26,796 bases of DNA from Chthoniobacterales bacterium (GCA_044371145.1 JBILUI010000013.1:1-26796); one strand, 5' to 3'. Positions 1 to 9,247 are shown, counted from the first letter of the stretch. Translations and numbers: made by a program. Notes: generated by a model from the sequence alone, not told the origin.

Positions 1-670
1 CGCCCGACCAACATGCGACCGCAAAAACAAACGGCACGGCGACGCCGGATTCTTTGGCCAGCACGGCAAAGAAACTGGCGAGAACGAGGACAACATTGCG
101 CGTCCAACGCGAATGATTTTGCTCTGCAGCGATGAAGAGCAAGCCGACAAGCATGGGAAACAGAACGAGCAAATCTTCGCGATTCGAAGGCTCGGCCACG
201 GCTTCGACCACGAGCGGGTGCAGGGCGAAGATGAAGGCGCCGAAGGCGGCGGTAAGCAAAACGGCCGGCGGCGGGGACGCCGCCGCTACAAAATCTGTAG
301 CGTCGCCGTTCGCAGCGACGACCGTTCCTGGCCTCAACGCCAACGCAATGAAAACAAACAACAGCGCCGCATTCAGCGCGTGCAGCAGCACGCTGCTTAG
401 CCGGTAGCCGGACGGATCTTTGCCCCAGATCGCCGCGTCGAGCATGAGCGAGGCAAGATGCAGCGGACGGTTGCGATCGAGTTCGTCCTGCCCGACCACA
501 CGCAGGGTGAGCACATCGCCCCAATGCGATGGCGTGTGGATGTAATCGCTGTAGAGAACCTGAGCGATGGAGTCGTAGACAAACCCGCCGCGCAACGTCG
601 GCCAATACAGTGCAACCACGGCGACAAAAACCGCCAACGCCCCGAGAGCTGTCCGCCGACCATCCGTCAT
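1..670 (-). CDS. Integral membrane protein, N-terminal part (gene runs off the left edge). Resembles PMT/TMTC-type (GT39 / DUF1736-like) membrane glycosyltransferase domains that are often fused to TPR repeats.
   Basis: Absent from the ORF track because no stop codon lies in the window. Hand translation of the minus strand from ATG 670..668 gives MTDGRRTALGALAVFVAVVALYWPTLRGGFVYDSIAQVLYSDYIHTPSHWGDVL...WGKDPSGYRLSSVLLHALNAALLFVFIALAL... and stays open to position 1. An in-frame TAA lies at 682..680 and AAGGTGG lies 4 nt upstream of the ATG. The translation has several hydrophobic helices. The YDS and GY(R/H)LxSxLLHxxN pattern is typical of this family. Confidence 0.55.
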   Translation of the reverse strand, partial: MTDGRRTALGALAVFVAVVALYWPTLRGGFVYDSIAQVLYSDYIHTPSHWGDVLTLRVVGQDELDRNRPLHLASLMLDAAIWGKDPSGYRLSSVLLHALNAALLFVFIALALRPGTVVAANGDATDFVAAASPPPAVLLTAAFGAFIFALHPLVVEAVAEPSNREDLLVLFPMLVGLLFIAAEQNHSRWTRNVVLVLASFFAVLAKESGVAVPFVFAVACWSG

Positions 671-873
671 CCGGCCACCTTATCCGCCGCCGTCAGGCAA
701 AAACCAGACCCGCCACGAAGCGGTTGAAGCGCCACGCACGGGTGCCATTGCAAAGCATCCATCCAAAAACCCGCTGGCTCGCCCCCCGAAGACGACACAT
801 CTACTTTTGGCAAAACATCGCTGTGTGATCCAAGCCGTTCAACCGCAAAGTTTTTTGCGAAATGGAACAGCCC

Positions 874-2190
874 CTAGGAGTTCAGGGCGGCGGAGAGGCG
901 CTTCTCCACAAGGCCCTCGATGCGGCTGCGGAGTTGGGCATCCGGCAGGCGATCGAGGACGGTGTTGAAGAAGCCCATGACGAGCAACTGCCGCGCGGCG
1001 GCGGGGCGGATTCCCCTCGCCTCGAGGTAGAAGATCTCGCGGTCATCAACTTGTGCGGTGGTCGCGCCGTGGGTGCAGCGGACGTCGTCCGCTTCGATCT
1101 CAAGGCCGGGCATGCTGTTGGCTTCGGCATCGTCACTCAGGACGATGTTGCGCACCTTTTGATAGGCGTCCGTCTTATGCGCACCGGGCTCGACACGGAT
1201 GACCCCCGAGAAAATGGTGCGGCCTTTGCCGGTCAACGCGTTCTGGTAGAGGAGGTCGCTCGTCGCATTGGGCTTGGCATGATCTTGGAACGTGCGCTGG
1301 TCGATCATTTGTTCGTCCGAGGCAATGTTGACCGAAAGCATGTCGCTGCGAGCGCCTTCGGCCACCATGCGGCTGTAGTTCTCGTTGCGCACGAATTTGC
1401 CGCCGAGGTTGACCTGCATACCGAGACAACTCGCATCGCGTCCGACCGTGGTGGAGTTGAGATGGAACGCGGTGGCAGCGGGGCTCCATTGCTGCACGCC
1501 GACGTAGTTCAATTTGGCGCCGTCCTCGACCACGAGGTCATTGACCCCGCAGGCGAGCGCCGGTGCGTCATCTGCGCTGCGGAAACAATCAACAACGGTC
1601 GCGCTGCTGTGGCGTTCGCAAACAACGAGCGTGTGCGGGAAGACGGCAGAATTCGCGCCCTCGACCCAGTGGAAAATTTCGATCGGTTTCTCCACAACAA
1701 GGTCCTTGGGAACACGGACAAACACGCCAGCCACGGGACCCGAGCGGTGGAGCGCGGCATATTTGGCCGAGCCGAGCTTGGCTTCCTGCGCCATGAAATG
1801 CTTTTGTACGAGATCGGCATGCTTTGTCGCGGCTTCCTCGAGGGTCATGACCACTAGGCCGGCTTTGACCAAGTCCGCGGCAGGCGCGGTGGCACCCAAG
1901 AGGCGGTTGTTGCCGAAAACGAAGCGCGCGGCGGATTCACCGAGTCCGGTGGAGCGTTCGACCAAGGCAGCGGCGTTGCTCACGGCACCGGGATAGCGGA
2001 AGCCATCGAGCGCGAGGGCTTTGACGTTGGAGAAGCGCCATTTTTCGTCCTTCGCGGCGGGCGCGGGAAGTTTTTGGAAATCCTCCCAACCACGCTGACG
2101 CGAGGCGACGAACCATTCGGGCCATTGGCCTTCGACCAGGGCGCCTTCCATTAAAGGGACGCCGGAAACGGGTGATGCTGCCATAATCAT
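874..2190 (-). CDS. sufD: Fe-S cluster assembly protein SufD
   Basis: 438-aa ORF with the SufB/D-family C-terminal motif RCTHGATTAQVDDREIFYLEARGI. ATG at 2190 is preceded by AGGAGG 7 nt upstream. It lies 19 nt downstream of sufB. Confidence 0.9.
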   Translation of the reverse strand: MIMAASPVSGVPLMEGALVEGQWPEWFVASRQRGWEDFQKLPAPAAKDEKWRFSNVKALALDGFRYPGAVSNAAALVERSTGLGESAARFVFGNNRLLGATAPAADLVKAGLVVMTLEEAATKHADLVQKHFMAQEAKLGSAKYAALHRSGPVAGVFVRVPKDLVVEKPIEIFHWVEGANSAVFPHTLVVCERHSSATVVDCFRSADDAPALACGVNDLVVEDGAKLNYVGVQQWSPAATAFHLNSTTVGRDASCLGMQVNLGGKFVRNENYSRMVAEGARSDMLSVNIASDEQMIDQRTFQDHAKPNATSDLLYQNALTGKGRTIFSGVIRVEPGAHKTDAYQKVRNIVLSDDAEANSMPGLEIEADDVRCTHGATTAQVDDREIFYLEARGIRPAAARQLLVMGFFNTVLDRLPDAQLRSRIEGLVEKRLSAALNS

Positions 2191-2209
2191 ATTCGGACCT
2201 CCTGTCCGC

Positions 2210-3619
2210 TCAACCGACCGAGCCTTCCATCTCGAGGTCGATGAGGCGTTTCAGTTCGACGCTGTATTCCATGGGAAATTCCCGGACCAAGTCGTTGATG
2301 AATCCGTTGACGCTCAGGCTCATGGCCTGTCCCTCGGTAAGTCCGCGCTGCTGCATGTAGAAGATTTGCTCTTCGCTGACCTGGCTGACGCTGGCCTCGT
2401 GCTGGCAGGCATTGCCGGTGCCGCGCACGGTGATGGCCGGGTAAGTGTCGGTGCGGCTGTTCGTGTTGATGAGCAATGCGTCGCATTCGGTGTTGTTTTT
2501 GCAGCCCTTGAGGTGGCGCGGAACATTGACCAATCCGCGGTAGGTGGCGCGGCCGGTGCCGATGCTGATCGACTTCGAAACGATGTTGCTCGTCGTGTCG
2601 TCGGCGGCATGGATCATCTTCGCGCCGGTGTCTTGGTGCTGTCCGTCGCCGGCCAAGGCGATGGAAATCACTTCGCCGCGGGCCCCGCGCCCCTTCATGA
2701 CGACGCCGGGATATTTCATGGTCAGGCGCGAACCGATGTTGCAATCGATCCATTTGACCTCGGCATCTTCCATGGCGAGGCCGCGCTTGGTCACGAGGTT
2801 GAACACGTTGTTCGACCAGTTTTGCACGGTGATGTATTGAATCTTCGCGCCCTTGAGCGCGACGAGCTCGACGACCGCGCTGTGCAGCGTGGCCGTGTCA
2901 AACTTTGGTGCGGTGCAACCTTCCATGTAGGTCACCTCGGCGCCCTCGTCGGCGATGATGAGGGTGCGCTCGAACTGTCCGAAGTTTTCCGCATTGATGC
3001 GAAAGTAAGCCTGCAACGGGTGCGAGACTTTCACGCCGGGCGGGACGTAGATAAACGAGCCGCCGCTGAAGGCCGCGCTGTTCAGCGCGCTGAATTTGTT
3101 GTCACCAGTCGGGATGACTTTGCCGAACCACTTGCGGAAAATTTCCGGGTGCTCTTTGAGTCCTTCGGTGCTGCCGACAAAGATGACGCCCTGCTTGCCG
3201 ACCGCCTCTTTTATGTTGGAGTAGGCCGCCTCGCTGTCGAATTGCGCTTCGACACCGGCAAGGAACTTGCGTTCCTGCTCGGGAATACCGAGGCGTTCGA
3301 AAGTTTTTTTCACTTCGTCCGGCACCTCGTCCCACGAACGCTTGGGCTTCTGGTTTTGCGAGAGGTAGTAGCGGATGTTGTCGAAAATGATGTTGTCGAG
3401 GTCCTTCGAGGCCCAATGGGTCGGCATGGGCTTCTCGAGAAATTTCTTCAGCGCGTCCTTGCGGAATTCGCGGATCCAGTCCGGCTCGTTTTTGACGTCG
3501 CAGATGTAATCGATCGTCTTGTCGTTCAGCCCGGTGCCGGCGTCGAATTCGTAATCGACGTCATAGCGGAAGTTCCCCTTCTCGCGGTCGATTTCCAGTT
3601 GGTTTTGTGCGTCGCTCAT
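2210..3619 (-). CDS. sufB: Fe-S cluster assembly scaffold protein SufB
   Basis: Strong SufB-like sequence throughout ([55 protein letters not shown]). I place the start at ATG 3619 ([11 protein letters not shown]), with AAGGA upstream. The longer track ORF (to 3670) would overlap the 3' end of sufC. Confidence 0.95.
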   Translation of the reverse strand: MSDAQNQLEIDREKGNFRYDVDYEFDAGTGLNDKTIDYICDVKNEPDWIREFRKDALKKFLEKPMPTHWASKDLDNIIFDNIRYYLSQNQKPKRSWDEVPDEVKKTFERLGIPEQERKFLAGVEAQFDSEAAYSNIKEAVGKQGVIFVGSTEGLKEHPEIFRKWFGKVIPTGDNKFSALNSAAFSGGSFIYVPPGVKVSHPLQAYFRINAENFGQFERTLIIADEGAEVTYMEGCTAPKFDTATLHSAVVELVALKGAKIQYITVQNWSNNVFNLVTKRGLAMEDAEVKWIDCNIGSRLTMKYPGVVMKGRGARGEVISIALAGDGQHQDTGAKMIHAADDTTSNIVSKSISIGTGRATYRGLVNVPRHLKGCKNNTECDALLINTNSRTDTYPAITVRGTGNACQHEASVSQVSEEQIFYMQQRGLTEGQAMSLSVNGFINDLVREFPMEYSVELKRLIDLEMEGSVG

Positions 3620-3630
3620 GGTGTGTCCTT

Positions 3631-4395
3631 TCAGGCGCCGACGGGCTCGGCTTCCGGCTCGGTGGCCCAATCGTAGCCTTCCGCTTCGAGTTTGAGGGCG
3701 AGTTCCTTCGTGCCGCTCTCGACGATGCGGCCGTTGACCATAACGTGGACAATGTCCGGCACGATGTAATTGAGGAGGCGCTGGTAGTGGGTGATGACAA
3801 GCATGCCGGTGTCCGGCCCGCGCAGCGAATTGACGCCGTGCGAAACAATCTTGAGCGCGTCGATGTCGAGACCGGAGTCGGTTTCGTCGAGCAAAGCAAA
3901 GGTCGGCTGGAGCATGGCCATCTGAAGGATCTCGCAGCGCTTTTTCTCGCCGCCGGAGAAGCCTTCGTTGACCGAGCGCGAGGTGAAAGTGCGCGGCATC
4001 TCGAGGAGGTCCATCTTCTCGTAGAGCTTGGCGTAGTATTCCGTCGCCTCGAGTTCCTCGCCCTCGGGCAAGCGGGCCTGCAGGGCGGCGCGGAGGAAAT
4101 TGGCGATGGTCACGCCGGGGATTTCGCTCGGGTATTGGAAAGCGAGGAAGATGCCTTTGCGCGCGCGCTCGTCGGGCTCCATTTCGAGGATGCTCTCGCC
4201 GTCGAAGAGGATGTCGCCCGAGGTCACCGTGTAATCGGGATGTCCGGCGATCACTTTGGCCAGCGTGGACTTGCCCGAGCCGTTCGGGCCCATGATGGCG
4301 TGCACTTGGCCGGTCGGCAGATCGAGGCTGAGGCCGCGCAGAATTTCGCGGTCGCCGATGCTGACGTGGAGGTTGTCGATTTTGAGGTGCTTCAT
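3631..4395 (-). CDS. sufC: Fe-S cluster assembly ATPase SufC
   Basis: Walker [10 protein letters not shown], signature FSGGEKKR, Walker [12 protein letters not shown], and ITHYQRLL. I place the start at ATG 4395 ([12 protein letters not shown]). The track ORF's 41-aa N-terminal extension overlaps the Fur-family gene. Confidence 0.95.
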   Translation of the reverse strand: MKHLKIDNLHVSIGDREILRGLSLDLPTGQVHAIMGPNGSGKSTLAKVIAGHPDYTVTSGDILFDGESILEMEPDERARKGIFLAFQYPSEIPGVTIANFLRAALQARLPEGEELEATEYYAKLYEKMDLLEMPRTFTSRSVNEGFSGGEKKRCEILQMAMLQPTFALLDETDSGLDIDALKIVSHGVNSLRGPDTGMLVITHYQRLLNYIVPDIVHVMVNGRIVESGTKELALKLEAEGYDWATEPEAEPVGA

Positions 4396-4399
4396 AGGA

Positions 4400-4846
4400 T
4401 TATTTTTTGCGGCAGTCCGCGCAGAGACCGCGCAGGGATACTTCCTGCTGGGTGACGGCATAGCCGCGCGGGAGTTGGTGGAGCTTTTCCAGTTCGGCGC
4501 CGGGGAGCAGCGGAACATCCATCACGCCGCCACATTGCGTGCAGGTGAAGTGCCCGTGTTTGGAATTGTTGGCGCAATAGCGGGTCGAGCCACTGTCGAG
4601 ATGGACTTTGCGCACCAGGCCACGGTCTGCCAGCGTCTCGAGGACATTGTAGACCGTGGCCAAAGAGAGCGATTCCATTTCCGGCTTGGCCCGAAGAAAG
4701 ACCTCCATGGCGGTCGGGTGGTCCTGCCGGCCGAGGAGAACCTCGTAGACGTGCTTGCGCTGCCTAGTCAAACGGAGGCCGTCCTGCGCAATCGATTCCT
4801 CGTAACGCTTGAGTTGCGACTTCTGGTTGGACATTTTGACCGTCAT
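4400..4846 (-). CDS. Fur-family metalloregulator (Fur/PerR/Zur type; subfamily not resolved)
   Basis: Winged-helix region [14 protein letters not shown]...[16 protein letters not shown]. Metal-site motifs [10 protein letters not shown] and CADC (two CxxC pairs). The stop (TAA 4402..4400) lies 4 nt before the sufC start. The start is ambiguous: ATG at 4846 or 4834, or upstream ATG 4873 / TTG 4876. Confidence 0.85.
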   Translation of the reverse strand: MTVKMSNQKSQLKRYEESIAQDGLRLTRQRKHVYEVLLGRQDHPTAMEVFLRAKPEMESLSLATVYNVLETLADRGLVRKVHLDSGSTRYCANNSKHGHFTCTQCGGVMDVPLLPGAELEKLHQLPRGYAVTQQEVSLRGLCADCRKK

Positions 4847-4884
4847 TGCGGAGGCGGGAAGGTATCGGCGCATCAAATTGTTTC

Positions 4885-4907
4885 AAGAATAATTCTTAAT
4901 AAGAATT
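4885..4907. promoter_or_regulatory. Candidate Fur-family operator: AT-rich array of AAGAAT/ATTCTT hexamers forming two overlapping perfect palindromes
   Basis: AAGAAT-A-ATTCTT (4885..4897, 6-1-6) overlaps AATTCTTA-A-TAAGAATT (4891..4907, 8-1-8). This is the only strongly AT-rich stretch I noticed in the window. It sits in the divergent intergenic region between the Fur-family/suf operon and the metal-chelate ABC importer. Confidence 0.4.
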
Positions 4908-4958
4908 CGCTCCGGAGCGGGACGGCGGATGCACGGGATGTTATGTAGGCGGGTGTTC

Positions 4959-5741
4959 ATGATCCGCTTCCGAGCCATTTTCCTGATTCTCTGCCTGAGC
5001 GGCGCCTGCTTTGCGGGGGAAACACCCCGGAGAGTGGCCAGTCTCGCCCCGAGCATCACACAGACCGTGCGGCGTCTCGGAGCGAGTGACAGGTTGGTCG
5101 CGGTGACGTCGTTTTGCGACGCGCCGGAGAGCATTGCCCGCGTTTCAGGGGGAATCCTGGCCGATCCGGAAGCCGTGCTTGGACTCGCCCCCGATCTCGT
5201 GCTTTGCACGACGATGACACCCGAGACCACACGGCGGCAGCTTGCCGCGCTGGGTTTGCGCGTCGAGGTCATTGATACACCGTCCCTCGAAGCGATCCGC
5301 GCGGAAACCGCACGCATCGCCGGGATACTCGGCGTCGATGCGCCTACGGAACAGACGCCCTCGCCCGTGGCGGCTGGACCGACGACGGCTCTGCTCTTCG
5401 GCGCAGATACCGGCTACAGTGCGGGCTGCGGGTCGCATGCCCACGAAATTCTCGAAGCCGCAGGACTGCGCAACATTGCGGCAGAAGTCTCCGGCCCATG
5501 GCCGCAACTCGGCGAGGAATTCCTCCTAGCCAAAGATCCGGAATTTATCGTCATCGCCGATTATAGTGACGCCAAGCGCGAGGATTTCCTGGCGAAGTTG
5601 CGCGCGCATCCGGTGCGGAGTCATTTGCGGTCGGTGCGAAACGGAAAGATGATTGTTTTTCCGGCGGCTGCTCTCACCGTGCCGGGCCCCGATGCTCTGA
5701 CTGCCGCACCGCAGCTGCGCGCCGCTGTTGATTCCCGATGA
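4959..5741 (+). CDS. ABC transporter periplasmic substrate-binding protein, metal-chelate type (BtuF/FhuD/FecB-like)
   Basis: Signal peptide MIRFRAIFLILCLSGACFAG, followed by VASLAPSITQTVRRLGASDRLVAVTSFCD, which is typical of this family. Alternative upstream ATGs lie at 4929 and 4938. The stop overlaps the next gene's start (ATGA at 5738..5741). Confidence 0.85.
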   Translation: MIRFRAIFLILCLSGACFAGETPRRVASLAPSITQTVRRLGASDRLVAVTSFCDAPESIARVSGGILADPEAVLGLAPDLVLCTTMTPETTRRQLAALGLRVEVIDTPSLEAIRAETARIAGILGVDAPTEQTPSPVAAGPTTALLFGADTGYSAGCGSHAHEILEAAGLRNIAAEVSGPWPQLGEEFLLAKDPEFIVIADYSDAKREDFLAKLRAHPVRSHLRSVRNGKMIVFPAAALTVPGPDALTAAPQLRAAVDSR

Positions 5742-6523
5742 AGCCCCCCGCTCTCTCCGCCTCCGATCTGCGCGCCGGCTACGGCAGCATGGATGTTTTA
5801 CGCGGCGTGGGCTTCACGCTCCATGCCGGCGAAGTGCTCGGTGTTGTCGGTCCGAACGGCTGTGGCAAGAGCACACTGCTGCGGGCGCTCACCGGTCTTC
5901 TGCCGCTACGCGGCGGATCGGTGCACCTCCGAGATCGCGCGCTGTCCGAACTTGGTCCGCGCGAACGCGCCCGCCTCTGCGCCGTGCAACCCCAGACCGA
6001 GGCGCCGGTTTTCGATTTCGACGTGCGGCGTTTTGTTCTGCTCGGGCGCCACGCGTTGCGTCCGCTGCTCGGGTGGGCCGGAACGGCGGACATGGCCGCG
6101 GTGCACAGCGCACTGGGTTGCGCGGATTTGGAAGATCTCGCCGATCGTAGCGTGCGCGAATTGAGCGCGGGCGAATGGCAACGCGCCCTGCTCGCGCGCG
6201 CGCTGGCCCAGGAAACGCCGGTGCTTTTGCTCGACGAGCCGGTGGCCCACCTCGATCCGGGTCATCGTCACGAAGTTCACGTGCTCCTTCGCGATCTGGC
6301 CCGCAACCAAAACAAAGCGATCCTCTGCGTTTCGCACGACCTCAACTTGGCGGCGGAATTCAGCGACCGCCTCATGGTCATGCAAAATGGGACAATCCGC
6401 GCGCTCGGAACACCCGAGGAGGTGTTGCGCGACGATCTGCTCCAGGAAGTGTTCGACTGCAACTCTCTGCGGTCCGGGAAAAATCCCTTCAGCGGAAAAC
6501 CGGGGGTCTTCTTCGCGTCATGA
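5738..6523 (+). CDS. ABC transporter ATP-binding protein (FecE/BtuD/HmuV-like)
   Basis: Walker A GPNGCGKST, signature LSAGEWQR, Walker B LLLDEP, H-loop VSHDLN. Confidence 0.9.
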   Translation: MKPPALSASDLRAGYGSMDVLRGVGFTLHAGEVLGVVGPNGCGKSTLLRALTGLLPLRGGSVHLRDRALSELGPRERARLCAVQPQTEAPVFDFDVRRFVLLGRHALRPLLGWAGTADMAAVHSALGCADLEDLADRSVRELSAGEWQRALLARALAQETPVLLLDEPVAHLDPGHRHEVHVLLRDLARNQNKAILCVSHDLNLAAEFSDRLMVMQNGTIRALGTPEEVLRDDLLQEVFDCNSLRSGKNPFSGKPGVFFAS

Positions 6524-7500
6524 AAACCGGCATGCGTCTCATCCTTCTCGCCGCTGCGGTGCTGGCGGTGATCTGCGCGGCCCTTTGCATCGGTCCGACG
6601 CAACTGCTCGATCTGCCCAAGCTTCTCGCCTTGCTGGGCGGCGAACCACGGACTCCCGAACTCGAACGTGCCGCGCTCGTGCTGTGGGAGTTGCGGTTAC
6701 CGCGTGTTCTGCTTGCCGCCGCGGCGGGCATCAACCTCGCTTTGGGCGGATTGCTGCTGCAGACCATCTTCCGCAATCCGCTGGCCGAACCGTATCTGCT
6801 CGGACTTTCCTCGGGCGGCGCACTCGGTGCCGTGGCCGCACTCGCGGTGGGAGCGACCGCAACTGTGTGGCCCGCGCTGGCCGGAAGCCTAGCCGTCGCC
6901 GCGATTGTCCTTTTGCTTTGCCGCCGACGGATCGCATCGGATCTGCCATCCCTGCTCCTCGCCGGTGTGGCGTTGGGTGCTTTGGCCCAGGCTTTCACCA
7001 CGGCGATCATCCTGCGCTTCGATCCGGGTGCCATGCGGAGCATTTTGTTCTGGCTGATGGGCAGTTTCGCCGGACGCGGATGGAACGAGGTGTGGTTGCT
7101 GGTTCCCACAGCACTCGTTGGATGCGCGCTTGTCGTCTTGCTGCACCGACCCCTCGATCTTTTAGCGCTCGGCAGCGAAAGCGCTCACCATCTCGGCGTC
7201 CGGGTCAAAGCGTTGCAACTCGGAGGCATCGCCCTCGCCGCCATCCTCGCTGCACTCACCGTGGCGACGTGCGGCACGATCGGGTTTGTCGGGCTGATGG
7301 CCCCGCACCTCGCACGGCGGATTGTCGGCGCTGGTCACGCGACGACCGCACCGGCCGCAGCGCTGGTCGGAGCTGGATTGACCGTGGCATCAGATCTTGC
7401 CGCGCGAACCGTCTTCGCTGGAACCGAGTTACCCGTCGGGGTGGTAACCGGCGCGCTGGGTTGCGTGTTTTTCCTCGCGCTGTTGCTGCGCAAACGTTGA
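6520..7500 (+). CDS. ABC transporter permease, FecCD family
   Basis: Hydrophobic multi-helix protein beginning MKTGMRLILLAAAVLAV. Contains RLPRVLLAAAAGINLALGGLLLQTIFRNPLAEPYLLGLSSG, typical of the FecCD/BtuC family. ATG 6520 overlaps the ATPase stop (ATGA). The 5' 345 nt of track ORF 6175..7500 is an out-of-frame overlap with the ATPase gene. Confidence 0.9.
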   Translation: MKTGMRLILLAAAVLAVICAALCIGPTQLLDLPKLLALLGGEPRTPELERAALVLWELRLPRVLLAAAAGINLALGGLLLQTIFRNPLAEPYLLGLSSGGALGAVAALAVGATATVWPALAGSLAVAAIVLLLCRRRIASDLPSLLLAGVALGALAQAFTTAIILRFDPGAMRSILFWLMGSFAGRGWNEVWLLVPTALVGCALVVLLHRPLDLLALGSESAHHLGVRVKALQLGGIALAAILAALTVATCGTIGFVGLMAPHLARRIVGAGHATTAPAAALVGAGLTVASDLAARTVFAGTELPVGVVTGALGCVFFLALLLRKR

Positions 7501-7509
7501 GCTGGGCGA

Positions 7510-7920
7510 ATGGTCAAAATTTCCATCCGTTACGAAGGCGGCTTGCGCTGCGAGGCGGTGCACGGGCCGTCGGGACAAAAGCTTTTCACCGACGCGCCCG
7601 TCGACAACCACGGCAAAGGCGAATCATTTTCTCCGACTGATCTCGTGGCCACGGCGCTCGGGAGTTGCATGGCGACCATCATGGGCATCGTGGCCGAGCG
7701 CCATCAATTGGACCTCGCCGACATGAAGATCGAAGTGACCAAGGAAATGTCGAAAGACACTCCGCGCCGCATCGCGCGGCTAGCGACAGTGATCGACGTG
7801 CCCCTACCCGCGGATCATCCGGACCGCGAGATCCTCGAGAGGGCCGCGCTGACCTGCCCGGTGCACCAAAGCCTGCATCCCGAGATAGAAAAGCCCCTCG
7901 AATTCCGTTGGAGCAAGTAA
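7510..7920 (+). CDS. OsmC/Ohr-family peroxiredoxin-like protein
   Basis: 136 aa. GKGESFSPTDLVATALGSCM and TCPVHQSL carry the two conserved Cys of the family. The gene starts 9 nt after the permease stop. Confidence 0.85.
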   Translation: MVKISIRYEGGLRCEAVHGPSGQKLFTDAPVDNHGKGESFSPTDLVATALGSCMATIMGIVAERHQLDLADMKIEVTKEMSKDTPRRIARLATVIDVPLPADHPDREILERAALTCPVHQSLHPEIEKPLEFRWSK

Positions 7921-7963
7921 CCGCGCATTGCCCGCACGGCCTGCGTGGTTCATTCTCCTGCCC

Positions 7964-9247
7964 ATGCGCATCGTCCGCCCACGCGACAAAAACTACGCAA
8001 GATTCATCCGTTCCCTCGACCGCCGCGCGCGCGCCACGCCGGCCGTGGAGAAAACAGTGCGCGACATCATTGCGGCGGTGGAGAACGAGGGCGATGCCGC
8101 GTTGCTTCGGTTGACCAAAAAGTTCGGCGGACCTTCCCTGGCTGCAAAGGATCTGCGTGTTCCGGCGCGCGAATTGTCAGTTGCTTGGAGGAATCTCGAT
8201 GTGCCAACGCGCCACGCCCTGCTTGCCGCTCACAAAAACATCCGCGCTTTCGCCGCGCGCAGCCTGCGGAAAAACTGGTCGGCTCGCAATGCACAGGGAG
8301 CGAAAGTCGGTGAGCGGTTCGACCCATTCGGCCGCGTTGGCATCTATGTTCCCGGAGGAACCGCACCGTTGGTCTCCACAGCCCTGATGACCTGCACCTT
8401 CGCCGCGGCGGCGGGGGTTCCCGAGATTGTCGCCGTCACACCAGCCGGCAAGGACGACAAAGTAAACCAAGCGCTCCTCGCCGCTTTGCATCTGGCTGGA
8501 GCAACCGAAGTCTACAAAGTCGGCGGTGCACAGGCCGTGGCCGCGCTAGCTTGCGGGACGAGGACAATCCGTCCAGTGGCGAAAATCTTCGGTCCGGGCA
8601 ACAGCTACGTGGTCGAGGCGAAGCGGCAACTTTTCGGACGCGTGGCGGTCGATCTTCTACCGGGACCGAGTGAAGTTCTCGTCATCGCCGACCGCAAAGC
8701 GAATCCCGCGTGGGTCGCTGCTGACTTGTTGGCCCAAGCCGAGCACGGGGCGGACAGCATCGCGCTGCTCCTTACGGACTCCGCACCGCTTTTGAAATCG
8801 GTCGAACGCGAGATCGACCGGCAGGCGTCCGAATTGACGCGCGGGGCGATCCTGAAAAAATCACTCCATTCGGCGGCGCTCGTCCTTGCGCCGCGCATGA
8901 CCGATGCCGTGGCAATCGCGAACAACTTTGCCTCGGAGCACGTTTCCTTGCAGGTGACGGAACCGTTCAAAATCGCGCCGAAGCTGACCACCTCGGGCGC
9001 GATTTTCCTCGGCGGCTACTCGCCGGTGGCGGCCGGAGATTTTCTGGCCGGCCCGAGCCACGAGTTGCCGACGGGCGGCGCAGGCAAGTCCTTCGCTGGC
9101 CTCACCGCCGACCAATTTCAGCGCCGCACCAGCTTGGTCGAACTCGGACGCTCTTCGCTGCGCAAATCCGTTCCGATCATCGAGGCCTTCGCCCGAGTCG
9201 AGGGGCTCGACGCGCACGGACGTTCGGCGTCCATCCGCCTGGAATGA
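7964..9247 (+). CDS. hisD: Histidinol dehydrogenase
   Basis: VYKVGGAQAVAALACGT, IFGPGNSYVVEAKR, VAVDLLPGPSEVLVIAD and DLLAQAEHG motifs. I use ATG 7964 (MRIVRPRD). The track start at 7928 is a TTG. Confidence 0.93.
   Translation: MRIVRPRDKNYARFIRSLDRRARATPAVEKTVRDIIAAVENEGDAALLRLTKKFGGPSLAAKDLRVPARELSVAWRNLDVPTRHALLAAHKNIRAFAARSLRKNWSARNAQGAKVGERFDPFGRVGIYVPGGTAPLVSTALMTCTFAAAAGVPEIVAVTPAGKDDKVNQALLAALHLAGATEVYKVGGAQAVAALACGTRTIRPVAKIFGPGNSYVVEAKRQLFGRVAVDLLPGPSEVLVIADRKANPAWVAADLLAQAEHGADSIALLLTDSAPLLKSVEREIDRQASELTRGAILKKSLHSAALVLAPRMTDAVAIANNFASEHVSLQVTEPFKIAPKLTTSGAIFLGGYSPVAAGDFLAGPSHELPTGGAGKSFAGLTADQFQRRTSLVELGRSSLRKSVPIIEAFARVEGLDAHGRSASIRLE

Noticed and set aside
671-873. Intrinsic terminator for the suf operon, or an ncRNA, in the ~200-nt gap after sufD.
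   Set aside because: I found only weak candidates. One is CGCAAA-AAAC-TTTGCG, read on the minus strand near 845-860, which has no U-tract. The others are T5 runs without a convincing preceding GC stem. This is not enough to call a feature.
862-1857. 331-aa + strand ORF opposite sufD. The same pattern appears at 2366..3676 and 3607..4455, opposite sufB and sufC.
   Set aside because: These ORFs are antisense to genes with unmistakable Suf motifs. Their translations are low-complexity and Ala/Gly/Arg/Val-rich with no recognisable motifs. This is the classic open antisense frame of high-GC coding DNA.
4847-4958. Possible cobalamin riboswitch upstream of the BtuF-like binding-protein gene.
   Set aside because: The region is too short and I see no B12-box-like GC-rich conserved core. 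The adjacent Fur-family gene and the AT-rich palindromes point to protein-mediated metal regulation instead.
6175-6519. N-terminal 115 codons of track ORF 6175..7500. Similar 5' extensions occur at 20783..21658, 22198..22407, 4396..4518, 3620..3670 and 25365..25469.
   Set aside because: These extensions overlap the upstream gene in another frame or on the other strand, and are Arg/Pro-rich. In each case an internal ATG or GTG placed right at the upstream stop (ATGA/GTGA overlaps or short gaps) gives a protein of canonical length.
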